A DNA stretch of 64,000 bases from Eledone cirrhosa (Eukaryota). The translations under genes and the position numbers were made by a program. Shown here piece after piece: positions 59,260 through 64,000 of the stretch (position 1 is the first letter of the stretch; every line of letters begins with the position of its first letter). Where the stretch lies: positions 20,522,001 to 20,586,000 of the forward strand of contig OZ024753.1 in assembly GCA_964016885.1 (NCBI GenBank), written 5' to 3'. The notes beneath the pieces were generated by a model that ran no database searches, was not told the origin of the DNA, and was given only the letters and a program-made list of their open reading frames with translations.

Positions 59260-62200
59260 ACGTTTCGAGAATCGACATTGAAATACTACCCGGAAGTGTG
59301 TGTGTGGCTAAGGGGAGTTAATGCATGAGGGGAGGTAACTCCGAGGTTTCTATTTCTAACTATTAAATGTGTCTCAAAAAGCCCCCCTCATAACACACTA
59401 CTTAACTCCTTTGAAAATGACCTAGTTAAACTAGTTAAGAACATTAAATACAATAAGCACCATAATAGAAGCAACACATTCTTAAACAAACTTAACACCT
59501 CTATTAATGGATTCAAAACTAGTAATAAAATTATTGTACACGCAGATAAAACTAATAACATATACAGCCTAGATTATAATACTTATAGAAAGTTTATATA
59601 TAATGAACTACATAAAAGCTACAAGAAGACCACCTTGAAAAACTTAGAAGATATTAATATAGAGGGATATAATATAGTGTCTAAACTAGGACTTCAGAGG
59701 CATACACAACCATTCACCCCAAACCCCCCTAGATTCTCTCTGAAGGACCATAAGGAGGACTTCATCAGCAACCCCTCGATAAGACTTATCTGCCCTTCCA
59801 AGTCCGACATTGGTATTATCAGCAAGAAAATTTTAGATAAAATCATCCCACAAATTAAACACAAGATACACCTTAAACAATGGGGTAATACGGGTGAAGT
59901 GATTGAATGGTTCAAAGATATCAAGAATAATAAGGACAAAAAATTTATTCAATTTGATATCAATTCATACTACACCTCTATTTCCCCTATCCTATTAAAT
60001 AAGGCACTAATCATGGCCACGAACAATAGCGACCTGACTAGAGCCCAGATTGATGTCATCCTTGCGGCCCGTAAAACCACAATCACCTTCGAGGACCAAC
60101 TATGGACACGCAAGGATACGCACAACAACTTCGACATAACCATGGGATCTTGTGACTCGGCGCAGGTCACTGATTTGGTCGGCCTATACCTTCTTAATGA
60201 AATCCATAAGGACCTCCCTTACCTCAACGGTGGTTTGTACCGCGATGATGCACTTCTACTTATAGAATATAAAAAATTTAATATAGAAAGAACTAGAAAA
60301 CTATTGCACAAGACATTCAAAAACTTTAACCTTAGTATCACCATGGACAAAAACACTAAAAATGTTAACTTTCTAGACGCCACACTATACCTAGACTCAA
60401 AAATATATACACCTTTCCATAAGCCTAACAAAAAACTCATTTAGCTAGATACCAAGTCTAATCACCCAAGATCAATATTAAACTCTATCTCTAAGGGGGT
60501 ATCCAATAGAATCTCTTATCTATCCTATGACGCAAACATATTTAGCAAAAACTCACAATATTGCAATCAAGCATTAGCTAGATCCGGCCATAATATAGAA
60601 ATTGAGTTCCTACCTAAGAAAACACATAGCTACAACATCATCTCGCACAACATGTCCATGAGGAAATCTAATAATAGGAATAGCAACCACAAGTACACCA
60701 AAGCGGAGGGTGCCACCGGAAGTAACCATTACCACGGAAACTACCGTAGTGCCTTAGGAAGAAACAACACACCAAACACTAAAAACAAAAATAGAAGAAG
60801 AAATAATACATTTTTCAACCCTCCTTTCAACCTAAATGTCTCCACCAACATACCTAGGGCTTTCTTCTCACTACTAGATAAAAACTTCCCTCTAGGACAC
60901 AAGTACCACAACCTTTTAAACAAAAACACTATTAAAATCTCTTACTCTACGACGCCTAACTTAGCATACCACATAGCTAGCAGCAATAAAAGTAAAATTA
61001 ATTCTTACTTCCAACAAACGAAATCACAACAGGATGTAAACCTTCTAAATACCTCTGTAGCAAGCAACCATAGTAACGGCAGTAACAATAGAAATAACAC
61101 TAGTATAAGAAATAACACCGGGGTCGACAACCCGAATGTCCAAAATCCTATAGCTACCACCCAGACTTCTGCACTGCATTATAACCAGCAGACTAACACA
61201 CAGGATAATTGTAACTGTAGAGCTAATAGAACCTGCCCTTTAGATAAAAAATGCCTAAACAAGGATATCATATACTCATGCACCGTCACAACTAGCAACT
61301 CTTCAGAAACCTATGTAGGCTCCACTTCTAACTGCTTCAAAATCAGATATAATTCGCACATCCACTCGTTCAAAAAGCACAGTCTAGCCCAACTCCACCT
61401 CACTATCTAGCTACATACACTATCTAAAAACTAAAAATAAACCTTACACACTCAAATGGGAAGTGATAGGTAGCGCGACTTCGTACGAACCACCTAATAA
61501 ATTTTGTAACCTCTGTATACTAGAGACCCACAATATTATCTTCTCTAACCGTAACCTACTTAACAAAAAATCTGAAGTGTTTGCAACTTGCCAGCACCGC
61601 TTCAGACATTCCTTCCACAACTTTAAGCCCAATATATAGCAATGTCGGACTTGAACCAAACACCACCTCTAGCATCAAACACCAGGGGCACACCTTATAC
61701 CACATACCCAACACTAATTGATCTAATATAACACAAACAGCGACATCCCTCTTGAACCCTTCGCAGGGCGAATACCCATTTATACCTCTATGTTAGGTGT
61801 GACAACATCCACCCACTTGAACTGCACTACACCGCTCTATAGGTAATTTAAGCATGAATTGATTGTCTTGTTAGTGTTGTGCGGAGGAAGTGCCTTCGTT
61901 GGACAGATGAAAAACGATTTAATCTAGTAACGCTGTTGAGAAGTATGACCGGTACGCTGAGTGCAGAGAATGAATGTATTGCAACTGGCGTACGGGTTGT
62001 ACATATATGGATGATTTGATGGTTTGAGTGGGGTCATGAGGACTGCGGATTGACCTCTGGTCGGCCCTGGTGATGATTATCTTTCGACATCCAATGTAGC
62101 AAGCGATGACCCAGAGCTTACCAGAGATCATTATTGTGTTGAAGTGATTCTGCAATCACCGCGCCTGGTCCTATGAGTAGACTACAACCACAGAGATCAT

Positions 62201-62500
62201 TAATTTAGAATCCTCGCTCATCGTCTATAATATTCATTTGTGGCACTCTACGATGGGGGTCAATTCACCATAATAATACGAACACCTTCAGCACAACTTA
62301 ATAGACTACTCTATATTTAAAACACTTTATGCTTTAGAAATTTTTTAGAAGTTGCGCATAACCATAGAAATTAGGGTCTGTTTTGAGACACATTTAATAG
62401 TTAGTAATAGAAACCTCGGAGTTACCTTCCCTCATGCATTAACTCCCCTTAGCCACACACACACTTCCGGGTAGTATTTCAATATCGATTCTCGAAACGT
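59260..62500 (+). mobile_element. Naiad-type Penelope-like element, nearly complete ORF, ~120-bp terminal inverted repeat
   Basis: 59260-59379 and 62381-62500 are inverted repeats flanking an RT+GIY-YIG pseudogene and a ~860-bp 3' region. Confidence 0.88.
59377..61639 (+). pseudogene. Naiad PLE RT plus GIY-YIG ORF with premature TAG (60442-60444) and frameshift near 61400
   Basis: FENDL, ADKTNNIY, RLICPSKSDIG, FDINSYYTSI, FDITMGS, GLYRDDAL, NFLD, SNHP, CNCRANRTCPLDKKC, IIYSC..YVGST, CNLC. Confidence 0.92.
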
Positions 62501-62729
62501 GTGAAAAACATGACTCTTCCAAAAGAAGACCAGCAACAGCTAGGGTCTGACCCTGGGATTTGTTGATAGACGTTGCAAAGCTGAGACGGTTCGGCAAATG
62601 GTTCGTTGGTTGTCTGTTTCAAGTGCTCTTCTGGTGGCAGTACGTTCAGCATCTTGCGACCGTCGAATAGCAGATTCCACTGACGATTCGTTTGCCCGCC
62701 CTTTTCTGTAATATCTGTACACGAATATA

Positions 62730-62803
<74 letters not shown>

Positions 62804-63099
62804 TGACAGTTTAAATTTAAGCAAAGAATCGCTGCTTTCACCCTTAACGGGATTTTTTGAAACTAAAAAAAATCAAACTGTGAACGCAGAAGTAAATATT
62901 TCGAAAAACGTGGTAACCGAAGGAAAAACAGCAAGACGATACTGTGGTTTGTGAAGACGTTCCCTGGCAATGAACGGAAAATAGCGAAGATAATACGTCA
63001 GTAATGAGAACAATTTGTGTCATAATGTCGTAAGACCGACATCCAGACAGATATAGGGGCGCGACGTTATAGTTATGTATCTATCTAAAAAGACAGACT

Positions 63100-63104
<5 letters not shown>

Positions 63105-63168
<64 letters not shown>
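63105..63168. repeat. (AG)n microsatellite
   Basis: Direct inspection. Confidence 0.95.
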
Positions 63169-63169
<1 letters not shown>

Positions 63170-63175
<6 letters not shown>

Positions 63176-63349
63176 GCGCCTAGCACCCCTTTAACAACAG
63201 AAAATTGAAAAATAAAAGCTGCAGTTAATATCTTTAGACCGTAAGGAATAGATAAATGCAAGCTTGAAGTCAATCGGAGTAGAGATGTGGATTTGTGTAG
63301 ACTTTGCAAAAATTTGGACAGACACGCACGCACACGCACACACACACAG

Positions 63350-63380
<31 letters not shown>

Positions 63381-63404
63381 TTCAGTTTTATATATATGTA
63401 TAGA
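63170..63404 (-). mobile_element. 5' part of a second non-autonomous Helitron-like element
   Basis: Minus strand starts TCTATACATATATATAAAACTG followed by (TG)n/TGTCTGTC, like the 5' end of 50006-50823; 3' end not clearly defined. Confidence 0.55.
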
Positions 63405-63583
63405 TAGATAGATATATAATTAGAATTTCGCTTCAAGCATAGCTGTATACAGTTTCGTATAGGAATTTCTTATTTCTAAAGAAACACGGTATGTTTACAG
63501 GTAAATATTTAGAAATCCGTAGCTATACAAAAAAACACCGAGGCTAACGCTCTCTGGTGTTGTCCAACAGAAGCAAGGGGGCA

Positions 63584-63627
63584 ATTTTCGATGCATTTTG
63601 AACTTAACTGCTTCTCATCAGGACGAT
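63584..63627 (-). ncRNA. Degenerate hammerhead, family G
   Basis: Minus strand: atcgtc-CTGATGA-gaagcagttaagttc-AAAA-tgca-TC-gaaaat. Confidence 0.55.
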
Positions 63628-63740
63628 CCCTCACACGCTTGCAACTGCTGGACTTTGAAAACAGGCGATAATATAATTTGCATATGAAGCTGTATAAGTT
63701 GGCTCAACTTATAATAGAATACAGCTATACCTGAAGCTAA

Positions 63741-63784
63741 ATCCTAATGATGAGGATCAGTTAAGTTCGAAATGCATCGACGAT
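63741..63784 (+). ncRNA. Degenerate hammerhead, family G (inverted partner)
   Basis: atccta-ATGATGA-ggatcagttaagttc-GAAA-tgca-TC-gacgat; combining both copies restores the core and a perfect atcgtc/gacgat stem I. Confidence 0.55.
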
Positions 63785-64000
63785 TGCCTCCGGTGCTTCT
63801 GCTGGACTCTATAAGCACACCGTGTTTCTTTAGAAATACGAAATCCTACACACATATATATATATTACAAAGAAAGAGTGGTAAGGATCCAAGTGGACCA
63901 TAACGCACCGGAGTACTCAATACTTAGGGTAATAGAGAGGGTAATAGGAAAAGAGTCAGGACCGCGACGGCTGGGGCTCCGGCCGTTTTGACAGCTAGAT

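Noticed and set aside
62500-62725. Possible DNA transposase remnant (LPP..LKQ-like peptide, minus strand)
   Set aside because: Too short and degenerate to support without a tBLASTx/HMM search.

Overview
Eukaryotic (animal, probably mollusc/cephalopod-like; inferred) repeat-dominated DNA with no recognisable host gene. Bases 1-~32850 are a G/T-rich 47-bp tandem satellite with kb-scale higher-order duplications and a more diverged outer edge; the long minus-strand ORFs there are artefacts of a stop-free repeat. Bases ~33400-64000 are a dense cluster of mobile elements, mostly embedded in (TA)n microsatellites: several Penelope-like elements (four Naiad-type copies or families plus one Neptune-like copy) with inverted 5' pseudo-LTRs, non-coding derivatives with the same architecture, a ~430-nt retrozyme-like tandem unit, an essentially full-length RTE-type LINE with a 5' inversion, non-autonomous Helitrons and a tRNA-derived SINE. 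The most striking feature is about 16 type I hammerhead ribozyme motifs from 7 sequence families read by eye in ~30 kb. One family has a recurrent non-canonical core (CCGAAGA) with a compensatory stem II change, and four families share the same end geometry relative to the cleavage site.
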